NCBI GenBank assembly: GCA_026414955.1
Contig: JAOAIA010000001.1
Coordinates: 1-44,257, forward strand
Length of the DNA: 44,257 nucleotides
Direction of reading: 5' to 3'
Origin: Candidatus Bipolaricaulota bacterium
GTDB taxonomy: Bacteria; Bipolaricaulota; Bipolaricaulia; RBG-16-55-9; DRXL01
The notes beneath the pieces are model-generated. The model made no database searches. It worked only from the letters and a program-made list of their open reading frames with translations, and had not been told where the DNA came from. Positions 1 to 7,853 of this stretch are shown piece by piece. Within the stretch, counting starts at the first letter, position 1. Each line of letters begins with the position of its first letter. The position numbers were made by a program, and so were the translations under genes.

Positions 1-1283
1 CTCCGTACCCTACAGTAGGCGAGCCAGAGCATCTGCGCAAGCCCTCCGACCGTGAACGCTACTTGCGCGACATACAAGCCCGTCACTTGTCCCCAGAGCA
101 CTCCTGCGCTCAGGATCGCGCTGCTCACTATCAGGGAGAGCGCCATCGCTTCGGTGACCCCGCGCGTCCTGCGCGAGTGAACTAAAGACCCCTGATAGAA
201 GCTCTGCCAGACGCTGAACGCCGGCAGGAGCAGCGCGAACCACAGGCTCGATTGCGCGAGATTCGCCAACGACGGGAGCAACCCTGATAGCCCTCCAAAC
301 CAAAGCTCTGCTAGAGGCGTCATTGTAACAAGAAGCAGCATCGCTGTCAGAGAGAGCGAGAGCATCGTGGCGAAGCGTCGCAGGCTCTCTTCAGCCCTTG
401 GCTTACCCAAGAGCGCCACGACGACTTCGTTGTACGCGATCCCGACGCTGCGCAAGAGAAAGAGCAACCCCGACACGACCGGCCAGACGGCCAACGACTC
501 TAACGCGCCCGGCATCCGGCTGATTGCGGCACTCCCAATCGGCTGCACCAAGAGAGTCAAGAGCGATGTCATCGCCAAGGGGATATAGAAGCGCAAGAAG
601 GCTCTCAGCGTGAGCGGGTCTCCATCGGGCGTGATCTGGCGCAGTCTCTGTAAGAACGGGCGCACGCGCAGCCCGACGAAGAAAGCTTCGCTCATCACGC
701 CCATTGAGACGGCGCTGGCCGCGACGATGATGCCGGGAATGTTCCCAATTAGATACCCGATGCCAAGCACGATGAGATTGGCGCTCAAGCGCACGACCGT
801 GCCCAAACCAACAATTTCCGAATGCCCAAAGCGAATCAAGACCCCTTGATGAAACCGTCTATAGGCGATGGACCACGTCCAGGGGGTCATGAGCATCAAC
901 CCCCAGCGTGCTGGCTCGATAATCTGAGCTGGAGCGCCAATGAGATCAACGACGACAAAATAATATAACGGCGTGAAAGCAATCAAGACGTGCAGGGCGG
1001 TCAAGAGCGCGCTCGTTTGCATCATGAAGCGTCGCACCTTGAGATACGAGTCCCAATCTCTGCTGAGGGCTGTCGAAGCTGCTAACAACATAATAATCGG
1101 CGACTCGATGATCATCGAGATCGCGAAGACGATACCGTAAGCTGCGAGATTGATCTGCGGTTCTGGGAGCCGTGCGACGATAGCGCTCACTGCGGGAAGC
1201 TCTAAGCCCATGAGCAGCCAACTGGCGGCGAGGGGCCACCAGGTGCGAAAGATCTGGTCTTGCGCAAGAGCGCGTTGTGTCAT
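1..1283 (-). CDS. MATE/MOP-superfamily polytopic membrane transporter (C-terminal part lies beyond the window edge)
   Basis: The reverse frame is open from ATG 1283..1281 down to base 1. There is no stop in the window, so it is absent from the ORF track. My translation MTQRALAQDQIFRTWWPLAASWLLMGLELPAVSAIVARLPEPQINLAAYGIVFAISMIIESP... shows many hydrophobic spans. Track ORFs 10..303, 367..588, 610..849 and 946..1239 are off-frame noise. Confidence 0.55.
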   Translation of the reverse strand, partial: MTQRALAQDQIFRTWWPLAASWLLMGLELPAVSAIVARLPEPQINLAAYGIVFAISMIIESPIIMLLAASTALSRDWDSYLKVRRFMMQTSALLTALHVLIAFTPLYYFVVVDLIGAPAQIIEPARWGLMLMTPWTWSIAYRRFHQGVLIRFGHSEIVGLGTVVRLSANLIVLGIGYLIGNIPGIIVAASAVSMGVMSEAFFVGLRVRPFLQRLRQITPDGDPLTLRAFLRFYIPLAMTSLLTLLVQPIGSAAISRMPGALESLAVWPVVSGLLFLLRSVGIAYNEVVVALLGKPRAEESLRRFATMLSLSLTAMLLLVTMTPLAELWFGGLSGLLPSLANLAQSSLWFALLLPAFSVWQSFYQGSLVHSRRTRGVTEAMALSLIVSSAILSAGVLWGQVTGLYVAQVAFTVGGLAQMLWLAYCRVR

Positions 1284-1320
1284 TGTTGAGTTCACGATCT
1301 AGTTATCTTAACAAACTCCT

Positions 1321-1349
1321 TTGACGAGTGCACCTGTTCTCGCTACAAT
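1321..1349 (+). promoter_or_regulatory. sigma70-type promoter of tRNA-Arg
   Basis: TTGACG (1321-1326), a 17-nt spacer, then TACAAT (1344-1349), 12 nt upstream of the tRNA 5' end. Confidence 0.7.
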
Positions 1350-1360
1350 AGTTAAGCTGT

Positions 1361-1437
1361 GCGCCCGTAGCTCAGGGGATTAGAGCGCTGGCCTGCGGAG
1401 CCAGAGGTCGGAGGTTCAAGTCCTCCCGGGCGTACCA
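1361..1437 (+). tRNA. tRNA-Arg (anticodon GCG), CCA encoded
   Basis: Cloverleaf read by eye: acceptor GCGCCCG/CGGGCGT, D stem GCTC/GAGC, anticodon stem CTGGC/GCCAG with loop CTGCGGA, T arm GGAGG-TTCAAGT-CCTCC, then A73 and CCA. Confidence 0.9.
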
Positions 1438-1507
1438 ATACTCTCTTGTGAGTTAGAACCATCGGTTACCACCCCCTCACCTCTTGATAGCTAAGGCAAT
1501 CTAAGAC

Positions 1508-1549
1508 TTGACCAACTTCCTAAGATGAAGCTATACTTTCAGTATAACT
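1508..1549 (+). promoter_or_regulatory. mazEF promoter with overlapping inverted-repeat operator
   Basis: TTGACC (1508-1513), an 18-nt spacer, then TATACT (1532-1537). The inverted repeat AGCTATACT-ttc-AGTATAACT (1529-1549, one mismatch) overlaps the -10 box. The ATG at 1525 lies inside this promoter, which argues for the 1576 start. Confidence 0.6.
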
Positions 1550-1575
1550 TCGCTCATACCGTCGAGGTGAAGAAG

Positions 1576-1842
1576 ATGCCGGCCCAAACCGTGAAGATCG
1601 CTATCAGCCTACCTAAAGATGAGTTTCGGGCTATAGAGAAGCGGCGTCGCCAGCTTAAGCAGACCCGAAGCGCAGTGATTGCCGAGGCGATTCGCCAGTG
1701 GCTGAAAGCGCAGCAAGAAGCCGAGGACGTTCGACGCTACATCGAAGGGTATCTAAAGTATCCGGAGACTGAAGAGGAGATGGCAGCGTGTGAAAGTATG
1801 TCTGAGCAGCTCTTGGCACACGTGGAGTGGGAGGAGAAGTGA
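1576..1842 (+). CDS. mazE: ribbon-helix-helix (CopG/MazE-like) antitoxin
   Basis: The N-terminus MPAQTVKIAISLPKDEFRAIEKRRRQLKQTRSAVIAEAIRQWL has an RHH pattern. An SD GAGGTGA precedes ATG 1576. The stop TGA overlaps the GTG start of the downstream toxin (GTGA). Confidence 0.8.
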   Translation: MPAQTVKIAISLPKDEFRAIEKRRRQLKQTRSAVIAEAIRQWLKAQQEAEDVRRYIEGYLKYPETEEEMAACESMSEQLLAHVEWEEK

Positions 1843-2153
1843 AACGAGGGGAAGTCTGGTGGGCGGAGCTTGACCCTCCGGCCAGGCGGCGGCTGGTGGT
1901 GCTCGTCTCGCGTGATGAGGCTTATCGTATTCGTGAGTGGGTGACGGTGGCTCCGGTTTCGACGCGCATTCGCGGAATTCGTGCTGAGGTAGAGCTTGGC
2001 CCAACAGACGGCCTGCCTCACCGTTGTGCGGTGAACCTCGACAGCTTGATCACGATACGTAAAGCGCGGCTGCGAAAGCGGATTGTGCAGCTTAGCACAG
2101 AAAAGATCAGAGCAGTCAACGATGCGATCAAGTTCGCACTGAATCTGCCATGA
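1839..2153 (+). CDS. mazF: MazF/PemK-family endoribonuclease toxin
   Basis: VKRGEVWWAELDPPARRRLVVLVSRDEAYRIREWVTVAPVSTRIRGIRAEVEL... matches the PemK/MazF pattern (GxVxxxxxDP...RPxxVxS...PxTS/T). The GTG at 1839 is preceded by GGGAGGAG. Confidence 0.85.
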   Translation: MKRGEVWWAELDPPARRRLVVLVSRDEAYRIREWVTVAPVSTRIRGIRAEVELGPTDGLPHRCAVNLDSLITIRKARLRKRIVQLSTEKIRAVNDAIKFALNLP

Positions 2154-3112
2154 ACATGAACTTCCATATTCGCGAATTCACTGCCGACGATTACACGGCT
2201 ATCGCCGAGATCGGCAACGCGATCTACCCCGACTATCGCTCCAGCGCCGACGAGATCCGCTACGACGACGAGCACTTCGATAAAAAATATATCTTCAAAC
2301 GCTATGTCGCTGAAATACAGAATCGGGTCGCGGGCTACGCGGAATATCATCACATGCCCGGCATGTTCCATCCCCAGAAGTTCTGGGTTTATGTCGGCGT
2401 CCATCCCAGCTTTCAAAAACGGGGCATCGGTCGGGCGCTCTACGAGAAGATCGAGACCGATCTGCGCGCGCTCAACGCCGTGCGCATCTTCACCAACACT
2501 CGCGAAGATTACCCGCGCAGCTTAGCGTTCTTGCAGAGAAACGGCTTTGCGGAAACCCAACGCTCTTGGGAGTCGCGCTTGAATGTACACACATTCGATC
2601 TCTCCAAGTTCGCGCACTATCTCGAAAGATTCTCGGCTCACGGTTTGACGATCTCCACGCTCGCGCAAGAACGCCAGCGCGATCCCGATTCTCTCAAGAA
2701 GCTGCACGAACTCTTTGTTCTCATTATGGAAGACGTGCCCCACCCCGATCAGTACACGCCCGTTGATTTTGAACACTTTCTGCGCTACAGCATCGAGCAC
2801 CCTGACACCATCGCTGATGGCTACTTCATCGCCAAGGACGGCGAACAGTATATCGGGCTGAGCAACCTCCGACGCAGCCAAGGCGAGCCAAAAGATCTAT
2901 ATCAAGGGCTGACGGGCGTGCGCCGCGAGTATCGCAACAGGGGCGTCGCTATGGCGCTCAAGCTCAAGACGATTGAATACGCGCGCGCACACGGGTACGA
3001 AGTCATCAAGACGTGGAACGACAACACGAATGTTGGGATGCTGGCGATCAACGAGAAGCTGGGCTTTGTGCGCCAACCGGCGTGGATCACGTTCGTGAAG
3101 GAGTTCGCATGA
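2150..3112 (+). CDS. tandem-GNAT N-acetyltransferase (two acetyltransferase domains)
   Basis: There are two acetyl-CoA binding motifs, QKRGIGRALY and YRNRGVAMALK. The start forms an ATGA overlap with the mazF stop. Confidence 0.8.
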   Translation: MNMNFHIREFTADDYTAIAEIGNAIYPDYRSSADEIRYDDEHFDKKYIFKRYVAEIQNRVAGYAEYHHMPGMFHPQKFWVYVGVHPSFQKRGIGRALYEKIETDLRALNAVRIFTNTREDYPRSLAFLQRNGFAETQRSWESRLNVHTFDLSKFAHYLERFSAHGLTISTLAQERQRDPDSLKKLHELFVLIMEDVPHPDQYTPVDFEHFLRYSIEHPDTIADGYFIAKDGEQYIGLSNLRRSQGEPKDLYQGLTGVRREYRNRGVAMALKLKTIEYARAHGYEVIKTWNDNTNVGMLAINEKLGFVRQPAWITFVKEFA

Positions 3113-4248
3113 CGACGCTGCCGGTGCTAGAACTAGAGGGCACGCCCTACGAGCAAGGGCTGGCGCACGGTCGGCTCGCGCGCGAGCGGATCGCGCAAAA
3201 TTTAGAGATTTATTTCTATCGCTTCGAGCGCGAGACGAAGCTTCCCAAAGCTGAAGTCTTGCATCGTGCTGGGCTGTATCTGGACGTGATCGAGAAGCTC
3301 ACGCCCCCCTACGCCGAAGCGATGCGCGGCGTCGCCGAAGGCTCCGGAAGAGAGCTTCTGGAGATCGCGGCGCTCAACGCACGCTATGAATTGATCTACA
3401 GCGAAGAGACGCGCAAAGTGCTCACGGCTGACCTACCCCCCTGGCCCCTTTCCCGTGTCGGAGAGGAGCGAGGGGAGAGGTCCGACGGCTGCACCAGCTT
3501 CGCCCTCTTGCCTACTAAGACTGTTCACGGACACTTGCTCTTGGCTGAGAACTGGGACTGGATTCCCGATGTGCAGGGCTTAGTCCTAAAGATTCGCGAG
3601 CCGGGAGTGCCGGAGATCCTCTGCTTCACCGAGGCGGGGATCGTCGGGGGCAAGATCGGCTTGAACTCTTCGGGCTTAGGGCTTGCGATCAACGGCCTGA
3701 ACTCGGAGCACGACGACTGGGCACGGCTGGCGAAGCCCTTCCACGTGCGGTGCTGGGAGATCTTGCGCTGCGCGGACTTCGAGCAAGCCATAGGCGTCGT
3801 CACTGAAGGTCAGCGCAGCGTCTCCGCGAACTTTCTCATCGCCCAAGCGCCCGACAGAGCTATTAATCTGGAGACCGCGCCGACGGGCGTCCACGAAATC
3901 CCTCCTAAAGACGGTTGGCTCGCGCACACGAATCACTTTCTCGATCTGCACGCTATCGGCCTGACGCGCCGTATTCAGACCTCCAAGCGCCCCAGCACCG
4001 AGCAGCGACTCGCTCGCGTCCAGCATCTCTTGCGCACAAGCTCCCAGATTTCTCACGAGCGCGCGCTAGAAATCTTGCGTGATCACGATGATTTCCCGTA
4101 CTCGCTCTGTCGCCATCCCGACGAAGCTTTTCCGCCAGAAGAGCGTTACGCCAGCGTCGTCTCGGTCGTGATGGACCTCCACGAGGAGGCTCTCTCAATT
4201 GCACCTGGGCCGCCATGCCAGCATGAGTATCAAGCTCTGCACCTCTGA
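3109..4248 (+). CDS. C45-family Ntn hydrolase (acyl-CoA:6-aminopenicillanic-acid acyltransferase-like)
   Basis: MTTLPVLELEGTPYEQGLAHGRLARERI... followed by DGCTSFALL, the Gly-Cys autoprocessing/nucleophile site typical of the family, then ENWDW. The start forms an ATGA overlap with the GNAT stop. The upstream part of track ORF 3013.. overlaps the GNAT gene. Confidence 0.75.
   Translation: MTTLPVLELEGTPYEQGLAHGRLARERIAQNLEIYFYRFERETKLPKAEVLHRAGLYLDVIEKLTPPYAEAMRGVAEGSGRELLEIAALNARYELIYSEETRKVLTADLPPWPLSRVGEERGERSDGCTSFALLPTKTVHGHLLLAENWDWIPDVQGLVLKIREPGVPEILCFTEAGIVGGKIGLNSSGLGLAINGLNSEHDDWARLAKPFHVRCWEILRCADFEQAIGVVTEGQRSVSANFLIAQAPDRAINLETAPTGVHEIPPKDGWLAHTNHFLDLHAIGLTRRIQTSKRPSTEQRLARVQHLLRTSSQISHERALEILRDHDDFPYSLCRHPDEAFPPEERYASVVSVVMDLHEEALSIAPGPPCQHEYQALHL
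3430..3482. repeat. GC-rich palindromic element, family A copy (in-frame in the C45 hydrolase gene)
   Basis: GACCTACCCCCCTGGCCCCTTTCCCGTGTCGGAGAGGAGCGAGGGGAGAGGTC. Its termini are inverted (GACCTACCCC / GGGGAGAGGTC) and are shared with the copies at 33184..33236 and 23217..23263. Confidence 0.7.
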
Positions 4249-4260
4249 TTTGACCTGTGC

Positions 4261-4318
4261 TTGACAACCCCCTCGTCGTGCGCTATACTCTCACTAGACT
4301 GACATGTCAGTCTAGTGA
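4261..4318 (+). promoter_or_regulatory. promoter plus perfect 28-bp palindromic operator of the TetR-exporter operon
   Basis: TTGACA (4261-4266), a 17-nt spacer, then TATACT (4284-4289). Immediately downstream lies TCACTAGACTGACA|TGTCAGTCTAGTGA (4291-4318), which I verified to be identical to its reverse complement. Confidence 0.8.
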
Positions 4319-4323
4319 GAAGG

Positions 4324-4932
4324 ATGGCCAGAACTGCCCTAGAGAAGGAGACCCGACGCCAACAGTTGCTCGACGCGGCGACGAGGGTCTTCGCCCGCAA
4401 AGGGTACTTAGAGACGTCTATTGATGACATTATCACCGAGGCCGACGTTGCCCGCGGCACGTTCTATCTCTACTTTCCCGGGAAGAAAGAGATCTTCCTC
4501 GCCATCATTGATCACTATTTTGAGCTGTTGACGGGATTAGTGAATCGCTTGATGAGCCAAGAGTGGCCAGCACGCCTGGATCGGGCACGCTTGAGAGAGC
4601 ACGTGCTCACGTGGCTACGCTTCTTCGCGCAGCATCGGGATTTAGCAAAAGTGATTTATCGCGAGGCAACGTCGATTGATCCCCAATTTGAAGATCGCTG
4701 GAATCGCCTGAGCGAAACGGTGAAAAACTTCCTCATCGAACGGGTGCGCACACTCCAACAGAGCGGCGTTCTGCGCAAGACGCTCGACCCGCGAGCGTGG
4801 GCGCTCTTCACGGAAGGGATCTTCCACGGAGCGGTCTGCCATTATATCCTGCAGTCGGATCGCCCTGACTTGAATTGGCTCGCTGAGCAATGGGTCGACC
4901 TGATGCTATGGGGGATAACGCCGGAGAGGTGA
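4324..4932 (+). CDS. TetR/AcrR-family transcriptional regulator
   Basis: The N-terminal HTH RRQQLLDAATRVFARKGYLETSIDDIITEADVARGTFYLYFPGKKEIF is present. ATG 4324 follows GAGAAGG; the track start at 4315 is a GTG inside the operator. Confidence 0.85.
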   Translation: MARTALEKETRRQQLLDAATRVFARKGYLETSIDDIITEADVARGTFYLYFPGKKEIFLAIIDHYFELLTGLVNRLMSQEWPARLDRARLREHVLTWLRFFAQHRDLAKVIYREATSIDPQFEDRWNRLSETVKNFLIERVRTLQQSGVLRKTLDPRAWALFTEGIFHGAVCHYILQSDRPDLNWLAEQWVDLMLWGITPER

Positions 4933-4937
4933 AGGGT

Positions 4938-5420
4938 ATGCGCAAGCGCATCGTGCTCCTCAGCATCATCGCCCTGGGAACGCTCAGTGCTCTCGGTGCC
5001 CTCGCTCAATCGAAAGTGGATCTGCTCTTAGTCGACGAGACCCAGACGCTACAAGCGTCTCTGATGGTGCAGATCTACGCGCGTGCTCTGCAAGAGTCAG
5101 GGCTGTTCAACTTCGAGGCCAAGATCGTCCGGGTCGCATCGAGCTACGACGACCCTTTGGGGGTCAACCCTACAGATAAGAGATACGAACTGATCGTGAT
5201 CGTGCCGCGGGGGATCGAAGACGGCTCGGTGCCCCAGATCTGGTTGATCACCAAGCCCATCGGGCCGCAGACGCGCCCGGAGCTGCTCACTGCGATAGAG
5301 CTGATCCGCCAGCGCGTCGCGCAAGGCTCCGGCGGGCTTTTCAAAGCTTTAACAGTCCTGGACGACGGCGCTCTGGGGATCTTTTCGAGCGTCTTTGAGC
5401 GCCACGGATGGCTGAAATGA
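4938..5420 (+). CDS. secreted protein of unknown function (signal peptide)
   Basis: MRKRIVLLSIIALGTLSALGALAQS is a signal peptide. An SD GGAGAGGTGA precedes ATG 4938. I recognise no family. Confidence 0.6.
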   Translation: MRKRIVLLSIIALGTLSALGALAQSKVDLLLVDETQTLQASLMVQIYARALQESGLFNFEAKIVRVASSYDDPLGVNPTDKRYELIVIVPRGIEDGSVPQIWLITKPIGPQTRPELLTAIELIRQRVAQGSGGLFKALTVLDDGALGIFSSVFERHGWLK

Positions 5421-7774
5421 AGAGAAAAATTTTCGCTGAGAAGATCATAGATCATCCCTGGTGGGTGATCGGTGTTATTCTGACGCTGACGGCGCTCTTT
5501 GCCAGCGCCATCCCCAGAATTCGCTTCGAGCAAGATTTCGAGGCATTCTTGCCCCACGATGATCCTGCAACAGTCGCACTCCGTCGCGCTGAGGAGCGCT
5601 ACGGCGACCAGAAGCTCTTTATGGTCGCTCTCGAAGCCGACGACACGATCTTCAAGCCCGAAACGCTGAAGAAGCTCAAAGAGATGGAGGAACTCTTTGA
5701 GCAGATCCCCGAAGTGGACGAGGTGCGCGGGCCCACGAACTCTCAAGTCATCTCCGGCACCGAGACGGCGATCACCGTGGCGACGGCGCTGCCCCAAATC
5801 CCCGAGACTCCCCACGAGATCGCAGCGTATAGGGAGCGCGTCCTGGGGGATCGGCTGCTGCGCGGGTTCGTCGTCTCCGAGGACGAAAAAGCTGCAGGGA
5901 TTCTGATTCGCTTACAACCCGGCGAAGAGGACACCGTCGGCGTCGTCAACCGTGTCCTGGAGATCGTCGAGCGCTATCAGGGGCCGGAGCGCATCTACGT
6001 CGGCGGGATGCCGAGATTGAATCAGTTCATCGCCGAGAGCATGAGAAAAGATTTGCTGATGCTCTTCCCCGTGATGATCGGCGTGATCGTGCTCGTGCTC
6101 TACGTGGGATTCAGTAGTCTTCGCGGCGTAGTCCTCCCGTTACTGACGGTCGTGTTGAGCGCGATCTGGGAGATGGGCACGATGGGCTGGCTCGGCGCGC
6201 CGTTTACGCCCTTCTCGTTCATCGCGCCCGTGGTGCTGATGGCCGTAGGGACGGCCTACGGGATTCACATCCTCAACAAATACTACGAAGAAGCGCACAA
6301 AGAGGGGCGCCCCAGAAAAGAGATTCTCGTAGAAACAGTTACGGCGATGCTCTCCCCCACAGCGATGGCGGCTTTAACGACAGTCGCGGGCTTCTTTGCG
6401 CTGCTCAGCTCAACGCTCTGGCCTCAGCGCGATTTTGGCATCTACACTGGGATTGGTGTGCTTTATGCTGCGCTGCTGTCGCTCACGCTCATCCCCGCGA
6501 TCTTGGCGCTCTTGCCTGTGCCCCAAGGCGGGCGCCGCAGTCTCTTAGCGCGCTGGCTGCAAGGGCGCGCGGGGTTAGTCGGTTTGGCGTACCTCATAGA
6601 GCGCACGACTCTGGTGATTCTCATCGGTGCGGGCGTGGTCGCCGTGGGGTGGGCTGTGGGTATCCCTCGACTGCGCATTGAGACCTCGGCGAAAGAGTTT
6701 TTGGGGAAAGGCCATCCCGTCATCGAAGCCCTCGACGTTCTAGAGCGCCATTTTGGGGGAAGCCTCCAGACGGGGATCGAGATAGACCTGGGCGTGCGTG
6801 ACGGCCTCAAAGAACCCGAAGTCTTAAAGAAGATCCTCGCGCTGCAAGAGTTCTTAGAGACGCTGCCCGCGGTGCGCCGCACCACGTCGCTCACCAATCT
6901 CGTGCGCGAGTTGAATCAGAAGTTCCATGCCGACGATCCTGCGTATTATGTGATCCCTGACGACCGCAAGCTCATCGCGCAGTTGCTGTTGCTCTTCACG
7001 TTCCAGGGGGGCAGCCTGGGCCAGATGGCCCTGACGGATTTCTCTGCTGGGGAAGTGCTCGTCTCGATGGAGTGGGTTAGCAGCACGCAGATGTCCAAGC
7101 TTGTCGCGGAGATTCAGCGCTATCTCGATGAGCACTTCGGTCCGACAGCGACGACGTCGTTGGCCAGCGACGGCTCGGCCTTACAGATCAAGGCTGAGCA
7201 GGTGGGCACAGTACCGGTCTACGCGCGGCTCATGGAGCAGATCAAAGAGAGTCAGATTTGGAGTCTGCTGACGAGCGTGAGCGCCAGTTGGCTCATCGTC
7301 TCGCTCTTGATGGGATCGGCCGTCGCAGGGATGCTCTGTATTGTGCCGTTGGTCTTGACGATCCTCACGGAGTTTGGGCTGATGGCCTATCTGGGCCTGC
7401 CCTTGGATATGAGCACGATGATGATCGGCTCAATCGCTATTGGGATCGGGATAGATTATGCGATTCACTTTGTCGAGCGATACCGTGTAGAGTTCGCGCG
7501 TGACGAAGCTGCGCGGCGCGCCCTGGAGCACACGCTCACGTACACCGGCGCGGGGATCAGCTACAATGCTCTCGCGCTCACGTTAGGGTTCGGCGTGCTC
7601 TGGCTCTCGACGTTTAAGGGGCTGAACACGTTCGGATCGCTTGTGGCGCTGACAATGGTCGTGAGCGCGCTCAGCGCGTTCACGGTCATCCCCGCGATAC
7701 TCTTACTATGGAAGCCGAAATTTCTCAATAGCCGGAAGCTGAAGCGTCCGGCTCAGGAGGTGGAAGCGTGCTGA
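5408..7774 (+). CDS. MMPL/RND-superfamily exporter (COG1033-type)
   Basis: The 788-aa product has two approximately 6-TM bundles, each preceded by a large soluble loop, plus GIGIDYAIHF-type motifs. An alternative start at ATG 5417 forms an ATGA overlap with the upstream stop. Confidence 0.8.
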   Translation: MAEMKRKIFAEKIIDHPWWVIGVILTLTALFASAIPRIRFEQDFEAFLPHDDPATVALRRAEERYGDQKLFMVALEADDTIFKPETLKKLKEMEELFEQIPEVDEVRGPTNSQVISGTETAITVATALPQIPETPHEIAAYRERVLGDRLLRGFVVSEDEKAAGILIRLQPGEEDTVGVVNRVLEIVERYQGPERIYVGGMPRLNQFIAESMRKDLLMLFPVMIGVIVLVLYVGFSSLRGVVLPLLTVVLSAIWEMGTMGWLGAPFTPFSFIAPVVLMAVGTAYGIHILNKYYEEAHKEGRPRKEILVETVTAMLSPTAMAALTTVAGFFALLSSTLWPQRDFGIYTGIGVLYAALLSLTLIPAILALLPVPQGGRRSLLARWLQGRAGLVGLAYLIERTTLVILIGAGVVAVGWAVGIPRLRIETSAKEFLGKGHPVIEALDVLERHFGGSLQTGIEIDLGVRDGLKEPEVLKKILALQEFLETLPAVRRTTSLTNLVRELNQKFHADDPAYYVIPDDRKLIAQLLLLFTFQGGSLGQMALTDFSAGEVLVSMEWVSSTQMSKLVAEIQRYLDEHFGPTATTSLASDGSALQIKAEQVGTVPVYARLMEQIKESQIWSLLTSVSASWLIVSLLMGSAVAGMLCIVPLVLTILTEFGLMAYLGLPLDMSTMMIGSIAIGIGIDYAIHFVERYRVEFARDEAARRALEHTLTYTGAGISYNALALTLGFGVLWLSTFKGLNTFGSLVALTMVVSALSAFTVIPAILLLWKPKFLNSRKLKRPAQEVEAC

Positions 7775-7853
7775 AGCACGCTGGCCAGCCCGCTTGAGCG
7801 GGCTTTCATCTGCTGAGCCGGCGACTTCAGGCGCCGGCCCAAGGAGGTCTATC

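Noticed and set aside
1525-1575. The upstream ATG (1525) as the mazE start, and similarly 3013 for the C45 gene, 4890 for the secreted protein, 7794 for the LolA-like gene, 10727 for DUF58, 17027 for the beta-helix protein, 23937 for the antitoxin and 26506 for the FAU-1-like gene.
   Set aside because: These extensions fall inside promoters or overlap the upstream gene, lack an SD, and add non-homologous residues. The internal starts have an SD or an ATGA/GTGA/TAATG coupling.
5144-5815. A 223-aa minus-strand ORF.
   Set aside because: It lies antisense to the well-supported secreted-protein and MMPL genes. Its composition is Arg/Gly/Leu-rich, typical of antisense frames in GC-rich DNA, and it has no SD or recognisable motif.
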